Part shown: positions 9,301 through 16,492 of the stretch, in pieces | Numbering within the stretch: the stretch's first letter is position 1 | Layout of the letters: every line of letters begins with the position of its first letter | Assembly: GCA_036265555.1 (NCBI GenBank) | Contig: DATAOX010000036.1 | Coordinates: 1-56,875, forward strand | From: Solirubrobacterales bacterium | GTDB taxonomy: Bacteria > Actinomycetota > Thermoleophilia > Solirubrobacterales > 70-9 | Length of the DNA: 56,875 bases | Direction: 5' to 3' | The notes under the pieces: model-generated | What the model saw: the letters and a program-made list of their open reading frames with translations, nothing else | Databases searched by the model: none | Told to the model about the DNA's origin: nothing | Translations under genes and position numbers: made by a program

Positions 9301-9870
9301 CACGATCCCCTCGTTTGCCTTCTCCTGCTCGGGGACGCCGTTCGACTGGATCTCGAAGTAGACGTTCTCGGCGCCGAATATCCCGACCAGGTCGTCGACG
9401 TGCGCGCGCGCGTCCCGGGCCTGCTCGTGCACCAGCCGCTGGCAGAACCGGGACTGGAGACACCCGGTCAGGACGATCACGCCCTTCGCATGCCGACCCA
9501 ACAGCTCGGTGTCGAGGCTCGGCTTCCCCCGACGAAATCCGTCGAGGAACCCGCCCGACGTCAGCTTCACGAGGTTCCGGAAGCCCTGGTCGTCCGCGGC
9601 GAGCAGGGTGAGGTGGTTTCGCTCCCCGCGCCCTTCGGCGCGCCGGTCGTCGACGAGGTAGGCCTCCAGCCCCAGGATGGGCTTGATCCCGTGGGCGCGG
9701 CATGCCTTGTAGTGCTCGATCGCGCCGTTCATGACGCCGTGATCGGTGAGGCCGAGCGCGGGCATGCCCAGATCGGCGGCGCGGGCCGCAAGCTGATCGA
9801 TCTTGCAGGCACCGTCCAGCAGCGAGTACTCGCTGTGGACGTGCAGGTGAACGGCCTCGGTCGGCGTCAC
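6334..9870 (-). CDS. dnaE: DNA polymerase III alpha subunit
   Basis: 1178 aa. N-terminal PHP domain (HLHVHSEYSLLDGA), polymerase core and C-terminal OB fold. GTG start at 9870. Confidence 0.97.
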   Translation of the reverse strand: MTPTEAVHLHVHSEYSLLDGACKIDQLAARAADLGMPALGLTDHGVMNGAIEHYKACRAHGIKPILGLEAYLVDDRRAEGRGERNHLTLLAADDQGFRNLVKLTSGGFLDGFRRGKPSLDTELLGRHAKGVIVLTGCLQSRFCQRLVHEQARDARAHVDDLVGIFGAENVYFEIQSNGVPEQEKANEGIVRTARELSRPLVATGDVHYLRREDHSNHAALLCVQTKSTIEHPKLTFDTNEYYLKSPQEMAESFARWPEAVPTTLEVAERCNVEMELGRLLLPRFPTQDGETPAAMLRRLATDGLARRYGDPRPAEAAERLEFELGVIGEMGFDSYFLMVWDFVRFAKENGIAVGPGRGSAAGSIVAYALNITDLDPIANELLFERFLNPARKSMPDIDIDFSVRGRERVIRYVAEKYGRESVAQIITFGKMAPRAATRDAARVLGFDYGTGDRVAKQIPEPVLGRNPSFAECLAEGTELRRTYDADADARRILDVAQGLEGIVRNNSIHAAAVVIADRPLDDIVPLQLAEDRSGPAGNGNGAARSNGRPERSYKIVTQYSMGPIEEIGLLKMDFLGLRNLDVIEDAVEIIERSRGTRIDIEEIPLDDPETFGMLSRGDSVGVFQLESDGMRDALRRVRPTRFNDIVALVALYRPGAMRFIDDYARGKRDPSSVRYADERLQSIAASTYGCCIYQEQLMEIAKQMAGFSPAEADDLRKAVGKKKRDLMAQMKDKFLAGLAESGTDRKVAQDLWSLMTAAADYSFNRSHAACYALIAYHTAYLKANYPAEYMAAVISSVMTTKDKVPFFVNRCEEMGIEVLPPDVNSSDHGFVVSGKSIRFGLDAVKNVGHAAVEAILNARERGGGFESIWDFCERVDARAVNKRAVECLIKCGALDSTGDPRRGMLDVLGPALGSAQKSQEDARRGQSSIFDLGGGAEQASPLDGGLVSQRPPVPTEEFDQRELLRLEKDTLGTFLSAHPLADVRDALRERVDCSLTDVGGKEDGAWVTVGGIVSEAKKVRTRSGAYVMFATLDDLEGRVELFVRDATSEAAEQIELDRVILARGRVDHKGRGEMSLVVAEAEPFEPGEDELAAARAKARARDPERIVLRVNSGSFGPQLLEDLKSIFSAFPGSCEVQLEMQTREGTRRLRFGSDYCVAPSPALRAELDQLLGPRALAA

Positions 9871-9952
9871 GGAATGATCATGCCAATCGACTCAGATGCC
9901 ACCGGCCGGCGTTCCCGCAACTACCGGCAACGTCCGGGTAGATTGCGCCGCC

Positions 9953-10894
9953 ATGCGCGCCCTGGTCACCGGTGGCGCGGGCTTCATCGGCTCGCACGTT
10001 GTCGACGCGCTCCTGGAACGCGGCGACGAGGTCGCGGTCCTCGACGACCTATCCACCGGACGCCGCGAGAACCTCGCCGACGCGCTTGGGTCGGGCGCCG
10101 AGCTCATCGAGGCCGACGTAACGGACGCCGCTGCCGTCGCGGGGCTGATCGAGAGCCGCCGGCCGCAGGTGATCTTCCACCTGGCCGGGCAGATGGACGT
10201 CAGGGTCTCGATCTCCGATCCCATCTTCGACATGCGCGTGAACGTGGGCGGAACCATCAACCTGCTCGAGGCCACCCGGCGCTTGGAGGGCGCCCGCATC
10301 GTCTTCACCTCAACCGGCGGCGCCATCTACGGCGAGGGAAGCTGGCGCGACCCACCGCTCGACGAGACCGCCGCCGTCCTCCCGGACGCCCCATACGGGC
10401 AGTCCAAGTACGCGGCCGAGGGTTACCTCTCGCTCTATCACCGGTTGTATGACCTGTCGACGATCTCCCTGCGCCTCGGGAACGTCTACGGGCCGCGACA
10501 GGACCCGCTCGGCGAGGCGGGCGTCGTCGCGATCTTCTGCGGCGCGCTTCTGGACGGCCGTACGCCGCGGGTGTTCGGCGATGGACGGCAGACCCGCGAC
10601 TACGTCTACGTAGCCGACGTCGTCGAGGCGATGCTGACCGCTGGCGGGTCAGACGTCGTCGGCACCTTCAACATCGGCACCGGCGTCGAGACGAGCGTCC
10701 TGGCGTTGGGGCGCATGCTCGGAGAGGCCCTCGACCGCCCGTTCGGCCCCGAGATGGCGCCTTCGCGGCCCGGTGAGGTCCAGCGCATCGCGATCGACAG
10801 CTCGCAGGCCGCGGGGCAGCTCGGGTGGAGTGCGCAGACGAGCCTCGCCGAGGGGCTGAGCAGGACGGCCGAGGCGTTCGCGGCCCGGCAGTGA
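9953..10894 (+). CDS. NAD-dependent epimerase/dehydratase (UDP-glucose 4-epimerase-like)
   Basis: MRALVTGGAGFIGSHVVD Rossmann motif and YGQSKYAAE (YxxxK). ATG at 9953 is preceded by TAGATT 8 nt upstream. Confidence 0.85.
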   Translation: MRALVTGGAGFIGSHVVDALLERGDEVAVLDDLSTGRRENLADALGSGAELIEADVTDAAAVAGLIESRRPQVIFHLAGQMDVRVSISDPIFDMRVNVGGTINLLEATRRLEGARIVFTSTGGAIYGEGSWRDPPLDETAAVLPDAPYGQSKYAAEGYLSLYHRLYDLSTISLRLGNVYGPRQDPLGEAGVVAIFCGALLDGRTPRVFGDGRQTRDYVYVADVVEAMLTAGGSDVVGTFNIGTGVETSVLALGRMLGEALDRPFGPEMAPSRPGEVQRIAIDSSQAAGQLGWSAQTSLAEGLSRTAEAFAARQ

Positions 10895-10909
10895 CCGATG
10901 GCTGGATTC

Positions 10910-10930
10910 CCGCACCATGGGTGCGGTTTT
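10910..10930 (+). terminator. intrinsic terminator
   Basis: CCGCACC-ATG-GGTGCGG followed by TTTT, 16 nt after the epimerase stop. Confidence 0.6.
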
Positions 10931-10980
10931 CCGACCATCGCAGCTACGCGGGGTCGGAGGGCGGCGCGGCGCCGAGGACC

Positions 10981-12066
10981 CTACTGCGCGCAGGCCCAGG
11001 CGCTTGGGCCCGAGTCGCGCCAGATCTGGGCCGCGATCTGGCTCTGCAGGGACGCGGACGCGTCCTGCGGGGCGCCGCTGCCGCCGTAGAGCCTCCAGGT
11101 GGATGGAAGGATCTGGTACGCGCCGCCGGCGCCGGATGAGGAGTTGACGGCGTTGAAGTTGCCACCCGACTCGCACATCACGATCGCCTCGGGTATCGCC
11201 CAGTTGCCGACCCAGTCCGCGACGGTCTGCTGGGCCGACGCGGCCGATGCCTGCTGGGCCTGCTGGGCCTGCTCGGCCGCAGCCGCGGCCTGAGCGGCCT
11301 GGATCTGCTGGACCTGGTTCTCCCAGCTCGAGACGTTCGACTGCAGCGTCTGGATGGCCGCGGCCTCCTGCTGGCGCGCCGCCTCGAGCTTCGCAGCCTG
11401 CGCCTCCGCGTTCGCCCTCACCGCCGCGATCTGATCGCGCGCGTCGGCGACGCGCGCGTTGTAGGCGTCCTGCTCGGCCTTCGCCTGACGGACCGCGGCG
11501 AGCGCGGTCTTGACCTCGGCGCGGAGCGTGCGCACACGTCCCGCGAGGTCGGCGTCGGCCTTCTCGATCCGGCCCACCATCTCGGCTCGGTTCGCCAGGT
11601 CCTCGAAACCGCGAGAGTTGAGGAGGATCGCCGCGGAATCCGGCGCGTTGCCCTCGTAGATCGAAACCAGCCTGCGCTGAAGCGCTATGACCGCGCGATG
11701 CAGGCGCGCACGGACTCGCTCGAGGTGTGCCTGAGTTTGGTCGACCTTGACCGCGAGCTCAGCCGAGCGCTGCTGTCCCGCCGCCAGGAGGCTGCTCAGC
11801 TCGGCCTCGCGCTGCGCCGCGGCGGCCGCCTGCTGCTGGGCGGCGGCGACCTGGTCGGCCTTGGCCTGCACGTCCGCGCTCAGACTCTGCGCCTGCTGCT
11901 GCGCGGAGGCGATCTTGGAATTCAGGTCGCTGATGCTCTGCGCGTGCGCCATCGCTGCGCCGGCGGTGAGCGCCACGCCGCAGGCCACAGCGGCCGCCGC
12001 CGCGCGCAGGCGCGGGATGCCCGCGAGCCGGGGCGTGCGAATCAGGCTGTGGGTCTTGGACTTCAT
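10981..12066 (-). CDS. secreted coiled-coil protein with a C-terminal Rpf-type transglycosylase-like domain
   Basis: Signal peptide (RLRAAAAAVACGVALTAGAAMAHA), about 230 aa of Ala/Gln-rich heptad-like sequence, then VMCESGGNFNAVNSSSGAGGAYQILPSTWRLYGG...SAWACAQ (CESGGN / YQ..STW / W.C signature). Confidence 0.85.
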   Translation of the reverse strand: MKSKTHSLIRTPRLAGIPRLRAAAAAVACGVALTAGAAMAHAQSISDLNSKIASAQQQAQSLSADVQAKADQVAAAQQQAAAAAQREAELSSLLAAGQQRSAELAVKVDQTQAHLERVRARLHRAVIALQRRLVSIYEGNAPDSAAILLNSRGFEDLANRAEMVGRIEKADADLAGRVRTLRAEVKTALAAVRQAKAEQDAYNARVADARDQIAAVRANAEAQAAKLEAARQQEAAAIQTLQSNVSSWENQVQQIQAAQAAAAAEQAQQAQQASAASAQQTVADWVGNWAIPEAIVMCESGGNFNAVNSSSGAGGAYQILPSTWRLYGGSGAPQDASASLQSQIAAQIWRDSGPSAWACAQ

Positions 12067-12071
12067 CCTTC

Positions 12072-12222
12072 CGGCGCCTACGGGGTTAGCTGGCGGGCTC
12101 GCGCCGAAGGACTGGCGCTACGCGGACTGTGTCGCGATTCGCCCCCGGGACCTTGCCGATGCGGCTCCGTCCCAGTGGTTCCCCCGCTCCCCCGGAAAGT
12201 CCCCCGGGGAACTCGGCGGTGT
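12072..12222 (-). promoter_or_regulatory. ydaO-yuaA (c-di-AMP) riboswitch in the 5' UTR of the Rpf-like gene
   Basis: Minus-strand RNA contains GAGCGGGGGAACCA, CCGGGGGCGAAUC and GAGCCCGCCAGCUAACCCCGUAGGCG. These match the conserved blocks GAGCGGGGGACCCA, GGGGUGAAUC and CCCG..CCGxCAGCUAACCxCGUAAGCG of the motif. It ends just before GGAAGGA-ATG. Confidence 0.8.
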
Positions 12223-12323
12223 CGGCGCGGCATAGTAGCGAATTGTTAGGAATGCATGAGCGAGCACCGTCGCGCTCGGGGCCGCAATTCCCCTTGCTGC
12301 AACGGGCCTTGCAGTTCCCGTGC

Positions 12324-12476
12324 CTAGCCCTCGGGCGGCTGCCTCGTGGCGATCAGGTAGCCGGCGGCCGCCAGGAGCAGGGCGCCCACGCCTGTGGCGG
12401 CTTGGATCTGGCGCCGGTACCGAACCAGCCAGTACCGAAGCATGAGCTTGCCGATGAGTCGGTAGATGGTCGTCAT
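12324..12476 (-). CDS. small membrane protein (50 aa), translationally coupled to argG
   Basis: Not in the track (under 60 aa). MTTIYRLIGKLMLRYWLVRYRRQIQAATGVGALLLAAAGYLIATRQPPEG. Its ATG shares a base with the argG stop (TGATG). GC3 is high. Confidence 0.45.
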   Translation of the reverse strand: MTTIYRLIGKLMLRYWLVRYRRQIQAATGVGALLLAAAGYLIATRQPPEG

Positions 12477-13753
12477 CACTCTCGGCGCTCATTTTGCCGC
12501 GGATGCGACCGCGCCCGCCTGGCCATCCGGGTCTGCAGCGTAAACAGCTCGATGAAGCCCGGGCTCGCGTCCTGGCTGAACTGGGCTCCCGACTCTCCGA
12601 ACGAGGCGAGCGAGCGGTCGTACAGCGCATATGGCGAGCGCCGCGCGACCGGGGTCACGGACCCCTTGTACAGCTTCAACGTGACCTCGCCGGTCACCGT
12701 CTCGTTGGCCGACTCCATGTAGGCGTCGAGGTCTGACCGCAGAGGGTCGTGCCACAGCCCCGCGTAGCACAGGTAGGCCCACTTGTCCTCGAGGATGCGC
12801 TTGAAGTTGTTCTGGTGGATCGTTGAGACGAGCGCCTCGAGCTCCCGGTGCGCGGCGAGGACGATCGCCGCGGCCGGCACCTCATAGATGTCGCGGATCT
12901 TCAGGCCGACGATTCGGTCCTCGATGTGGTCGACGATCCCAACGCCGTGCCGCCGGCCGAGCTCCGCCGCGCGCCCGAGCATCTCCACCAGCCCCATCCG
13001 CTCGCCGTCGATGGCGACCGGGCAACCCCGCTCGAACTCCACCCGCACGAGCGCGGGCTCGTCCGGCGCCTCCTCGGGCCGCGTCACCAGCTGGAAGACC
13101 TCGTCCCGCGGCGCCTCCTCGAGGTCCTCGATCTCGCCGCCTTCGGACGACCGACCCCAGAGGTTGTCGTCGATCGAGTACGGCGGCACCTCCGTGCCGC
13201 CCTTCACCGGTATCGCATTCTCGCTGGCGTAGGCGATCTCTTGGTCGCGGCTCATGCTCCACTCCCTGACCGGGGCGATCACGTTCAGGTCCGGGTCGAG
13301 CGCGGCCACGGTCGCCTCGATCCGTACCTGATCGTTCCCCTTGCCGGTGCAACCATGCGCCACCGTGTCGCAGCCGGTCCGGCGCGCGTGCTCGACCGCG
13401 AGCTTCGCGATGAGCGGTCGGCCGAGCGCGGTGAACAACGGGTAGCCGTTTCCGTAGACCGCGTTCGCCCTGATCGCCGGGAGGACGTAGTCGCGGGCGA
13501 ACTCCTCCCGGGCATCCGCGAGGATCGCGTCGACCGCTCCGAGGCGGCGAGCCTTGCCGACGACGACGTCGAAGTCCTCCCCAGGCTGCCCCAGGTTCAC
13601 GGTCAGTGCGACGATCTCCGCGCCGTACTGCTCCTGAATCCACCGCAGCATGACCGACGTGTCCAGCCCGCCCGAGTAGAGGAGCAGGGCCCGTCCGACC
13701 GCGTCCCTGTCGGCGTCGGCGGCGGGTGTCGGCTGTTCGGCTGGAGCCGCCAT
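12476..13753 (-). CDS. argG: argininosuccinate synthase
   Basis: LLLYSGGLDTSVMLRWIQEQYGAEIVALTVNLGQ (ATP-PPase SGGxDTS). ATG at 13753 (MAAPAEQ...) preferred. The track ORF extends to 13813. Confidence 0.95.
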   Translation of the reverse strand: MAAPAEQPTPAADADRDAVGRALLLYSGGLDTSVMLRWIQEQYGAEIVALTVNLGQPGEDFDVVVGKARRLGAVDAILADAREEFARDYVLPAIRANAVYGNGYPLFTALGRPLIAKLAVEHARRTGCDTVAHGCTGKGNDQVRIEATVAALDPDLNVIAPVREWSMSRDQEIAYASENAIPVKGGTEVPPYSIDDNLWGRSSEGGEIEDLEEAPRDEVFQLVTRPEEAPDEPALVRVEFERGCPVAIDGERMGLVEMLGRAAELGRRHGVGIVDHIEDRIVGLKIRDIYEVPAAAIVLAAHRELEALVSTIHQNNFKRILEDKWAYLCYAGLWHDPLRSDLDAYMESANETVTGEVTLKLYKGSVTPVARRSPYALYDRSLASFGESGAQFSQDASPGFIELFTLQTRMARRARSHPRQNERRE

Positions 13754-13811
13754 GGGGTCGGGAAGTCTGGCATGGCGGGCGCGCTCGCCGCGCACTAGCG
13801 TTGGCCGTCGC

Positions 13812-14489
13812 ATGTACCGCGATCGGGCGATCTACATCCTGTCGGTCGCGCTGATCACGGCCGGAGTCGTGATCCTCGCCGACGTCGCCGCCACCCTCCT
13901 CTGGAGGGAGCCGACCTCGAGCATCTACGCGTCGGTGCGCCAGCACGACGCCGACAGCGCCCTCGACGACCTGGAGCGCGGGTTCCCGACCCAGGCGGAT
14001 CGACGGGCCATCCGCGGCATCCACGGCGAGGCGCAAAAGGTCGATGCGCTGGCGTCTGCCTTCGCCAAGCGGGTGAACGACGGCGACCCGATCGGCCGCA
14101 TCGTGATCCCCAGCATCGACCTCGACATCGTGGTCGTCCAGGGAACGAGCACGGGAGACCTCACGAAGGGACCGGGGCACTACCAGTCGACGCCGTTTCC
14201 AGGGCAGCCGGGTACGACCGCCGTCGCCGGCCACCGGACCACCTATCTCGCGCCGTTCAGGCACCTGGACTCGCTGCATGGCGGCGACCGGATCGAGCTG
14301 CGGATGCCGTACGCCACCCTCCAGTACCGGGTCGAGCGGACCAAGGTGGTCGAGCCGACGGACGTTCAGATCCTTCACCCCACCGGCTACCAGCGCCTCG
14401 TGCTCACGGCCTGCCACCCGCTCTACAGCGCGTCGCAGCGCATCGTGGCGTTCGCACGCCTCGACCGCATCCGCTCCGTGGCCGGCTAG
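13812..14489 (+). CDS. sortase family transpeptidase (class E-like)
   Basis: N-terminal TM anchor (IYILSVALITAGVVILADV), TAVAGHRTTYLAPF and LVLTACHP (TLxTC-type catalytic Cys). ATG at 13812. Confidence 0.85.
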   Translation: MYRDRAIYILSVALITAGVVILADVAATLLWREPTSSIYASVRQHDADSALDDLERGFPTQADRRAIRGIHGEAQKVDALASAFAKRVNDGDPIGRIVIPSIDLDIVVVQGTSTGDLTKGPGHYQSTPFPGQPGTTAVAGHRTTYLAPFRHLDSLHGGDRIELRMPYATLQYRVERTKVVEPTDVQILHPTGYQRLVLTACHPLYSASQRIVAFARLDRIRSVAG

Positions 14490-14493
14490 AGCG

Positions 14494-14868
14494 CTACGGG
14501 GAGGTGCCCCCACCGGCGTTGCCCTTGGTGGAGGTCGACGTGGTGCTGGTGGAGGTCGTGGTCGTCGAGACCGTGCTCGTGGTCGTGCTGGTCGGTGGCG
14601 GCGCGGTCGACGTGGTGGTCGTCGTGGGCGGGGCTGTCGTCGTGGTGGTGGTCGACGGAGTCGAGGTCGTGCTGCTGGTGCTGCTCGTCGTGTCGTTGCC
14701 CCCGGAGTCCGCGGCGATCACGACCACCGCGACGATCAGCCCGAGGACCACGGCGACGAGGATCGCGAGCGCCCACTTGGCGCCGCGGCTCATCCCCCCG
14801 CCCGGAGGCTGTCCGGGCGGGGGCGGCGGCTCCGGCGGTCCCATGCGACGCGTGGGATCCTCGTGCAT
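14494..14868 (-). CDS. single-pass membrane protein with a Pro-rich N-terminus and a Thr/Ser-rich extracytoplasmic tail
   Basis: MHEDPTRRMGPPEPPPPPGQ..., TM segment WALAILVAVVLGLIVAVVVIAA, then about 70 aa of T/S/P repeats. GC3 is high. Confidence 0.65.
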   Translation of the reverse strand: MHEDPTRRMGPPEPPPPPGQPPGGGMSRGAKWALAILVAVVLGLIVAVVVIAADSGGNDTTSSTSSTTSTPSTTTTTTAPPTTTTTSTAPPPTSTTTSTVSTTTTSTSTTSTSTKGNAGGGTSP

Positions 14869-14907
14869 CGCGAGCGAGTGTAGGCAGCGCTCAGGTCGGA
14901 GCCGGGC

Positions 14908-15330
14908 CTAGCCCTGATTGCCTCCGCCTCCCCCTCCCTGGGGGGCGGGCGCCTGCTCGGTCACGGTCTTCGTCTCCGTCGCCGTGCTGGTCACGGTCGA
15001 GGCCGGGCTCGTTGCGGTCACGGTCGCGGTGACCGTCGAGAAAACCGTCGAGACCGCAGTCTTCGTGCTGGTGAGCGACTTGGTGTTCGTCGTCGTGGAC
15101 GTCTTCGTGTGCGTCACCTTCTTCGGACCCGCCGCAACGACCACGGCGACGGCCACGCCCATGCCGAGAGCTAGCGCGGCCAGCGCGATCAGGGCAATGG
15201 TCTTCCGGTCGAAGCGGCGCCCGCGCTCCTCGGGCTCCGGCGGAACGAACGACCCATGCGAGGACTGCCCGCCCTCCGCGAGCACCCGGCGCGGGTCCGG
15301 AGGAGGTGGGCCTTGTTCAGCTGAGGACAT
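14908..15330 (-). CDS. single-pass membrane protein with a Pro-rich N-terminus and a Thr-rich tail (same architecture as 14494..14868)
   Basis: MSSAEQGPPPPDPRR..., TM segment IALIALAALALGMGVAVAVVVAA, then a T/S/K/V-rich tail ending GGGGGGNQG. The start overlaps the argD stop by 14 nt. Confidence 0.65.
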   Translation of the reverse strand: MSSAEQGPPPPDPRRVLAEGGQSSHGSFVPPEPEERGRRFDRKTIALIALAALALGMGVAVAVVVAAGPKKVTHTKTSTTTNTKSLTSTKTAVSTVFSTVTATVTATSPASTVTSTATETKTVTEQAPAPQGGGGGGNQG

Positions 15331-16492
15331 TTCGCATGACGTTCATCGCGGCGTCGACGTCGTCTTCGTCGATCACGAGCGGGGGCAGGAAGCGCAGCAT
15401 GCCCGAGCCGGGAACGTTTATCACCAGCCCAGCCTCGAGCGCTCGCCTGGCGACGTCGACGGCGTCGATGCCATCGGCCAGCGTGACCCCCACCATCAAC
15501 CCGCGCCCGCGGACATCGCGAACGCCCTCGAGCTCGGCGAGCTCGTGCATGAACCGCGCGCCGAGCTCGCGCACCCTTCCCAGGAGCGCGGCATCGTCGA
15601 TCACGTCGAAGGCGGCGCGCGCGGCGGCGGAGGTCACGGGGGCGCCCGCGAACGTGGAGCCGTGGTCGCCACGTTCGAACACGTCACCCACCTCCGGACC
15701 CGTGACGCACGCGCCTACCGGCAACCCGCCGCCGAGCGCCTTCGCGGCCGTCATCACATCGGGACGCACCGGCAGCTGCTCGTACGCCCATAGCGAGCCC
15801 GTGCGCCCCATCCCGGTCTGGATCTCGTCGAAGACGAGGAGCGCGCCCGCCTCGTCGCATGCCGAGCGAGCCGCGAGCAGTACTTCCTCCCCGATCGGAT
15901 AGACGCCCGCCTCGCCCTGGATCGGCTCGATCATCACCGCCGCGGTCCGCTCCCCGACGGCGCGCCGCAGGTCATCGGCATCGTCGCGGCTCGCCACGAC
16001 GAAGCCGCCCGGCAGCGGGCCGAAGAGGTCCTCGCGCGCAAGGCGCGGCGTCGCCGCCAGCGTGCCGAGCGACCGGCCGTGAAAGGCGCCGTCGAGGACG
16101 ACGACCTCGGGCGCTTCGATGCCTCGCCGGTGCGCGTGCTTGCGGGCCAGCTTGATCGCGCACTCGTTGGCCTCCAGGCCCGAGTTGCAGAGAAAGACCT
16201 TCCCTCCCAGGCTCGACTCGGAAAGCCGCTGGGCGAGTCGCGGGCCAGGTTCCGTGTGGTACAGGTTCGAGACGCCACCGAGCCGGCCTGCCTGGTCGGC
16301 GATCGCCTGCACGATGGCGGGGTGGCAGTGCCCGGCATTGTGGACCGCGAGCCCGGCGAAGAAGTCCAGGTACTCGCGGCCATCGGCGTCCCACAGGCAC
16401 GCCCCCTCCCCGCGCACGAACTCCACGGGGGAGCGGCCGTACGTCGGCATCGCGTATCGAGCGTCGAGCTCCCTCAGCTCGGAGACGGTCAC
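15317..16492 (-). CDS. argD: acetylornithine aminotransferase
   Basis: Class III PLP aminotransferase (LCNSGLEANECAIKLAR, VFDEIQTGMGRTG). GTG at 16492 overlaps the argB stop (GTGA). The track ORF is over-extended to 16720. Confidence 0.93.
   Translation of the reverse strand: MTVSELRELDARYAMPTYGRSPVEFVRGEGACLWDADGREYLDFFAGLAVHNAGHCHPAIVQAIADQAGRLGGVSNLYHTEPGPRLAQRLSESSLGGKVFLCNSGLEANECAIKLARKHAHRRGIEAPEVVVLDGAFHGRSLGTLAATPRLAREDLFGPLPGGFVVASRDDADDLRRAVGERTAAVMIEPIQGEAGVYPIGEEVLLAARSACDEAGALLVFDEIQTGMGRTGSLWAYEQLPVRPDVMTAAKALGGGLPVGACVTGPEVGDVFERGDHGSTFAGAPVTSAAARAAFDVIDDAALLGRVRELGARFMHELAELEGVRDVRGRGLMVGVTLADGIDAVDVARRALEAGLVINVPGSGMLRFLPPLVIDEDDVDAAMNVMRNVLS

Noticed and set aside
13751-13814. 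Overlapping divergent start codons for argG and the sortase (CATG at 13751-54 and 13811-14)
   Set aside because: This is an artefact of taking the longest ORF on both strands at palindromic CATG sites. The best-supported starts (argG 13753, sortase 13812) leave a normal 58-bp divergent intergenic region.
12882-14513. 543-aa ORF, and similar very long ORFs at 569-1324, 3966-5270, 4915-5874, 19548-20981, 25418-27262, 26721-28592, 33223-34749, 38712-40439, 40094-41713 and 44033-45427
   Set aside because: All lie antisense to, or out of frame with, strongly conserved genes (argG, gltX, nfo, pheT, thrS, ClC, fabG4 and others). Their products are Arg/Pro/Gly/Ala-rich low-complexity strings. Stop-codon scarcity at ~70% GC produces such shadow ORFs.
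14504-14911. Val-rich + strand ORF (VVLVEVVVVETVLVVVLVGG...)
   Set aside because: It is the antisense reading of ACC/ACG Thr codons in the minus-strand Thr-rich gene. It has no start context.
14494-15330. Thr-rich membrane proteins as substrates of the adjacent sortase
   Set aside because: They have no LPXTG/LAXTG motif and no C-terminal hydrophobic anchor with a positive tail. Their topology is N-in with a single TM helix, the opposite of a sortase substrate.
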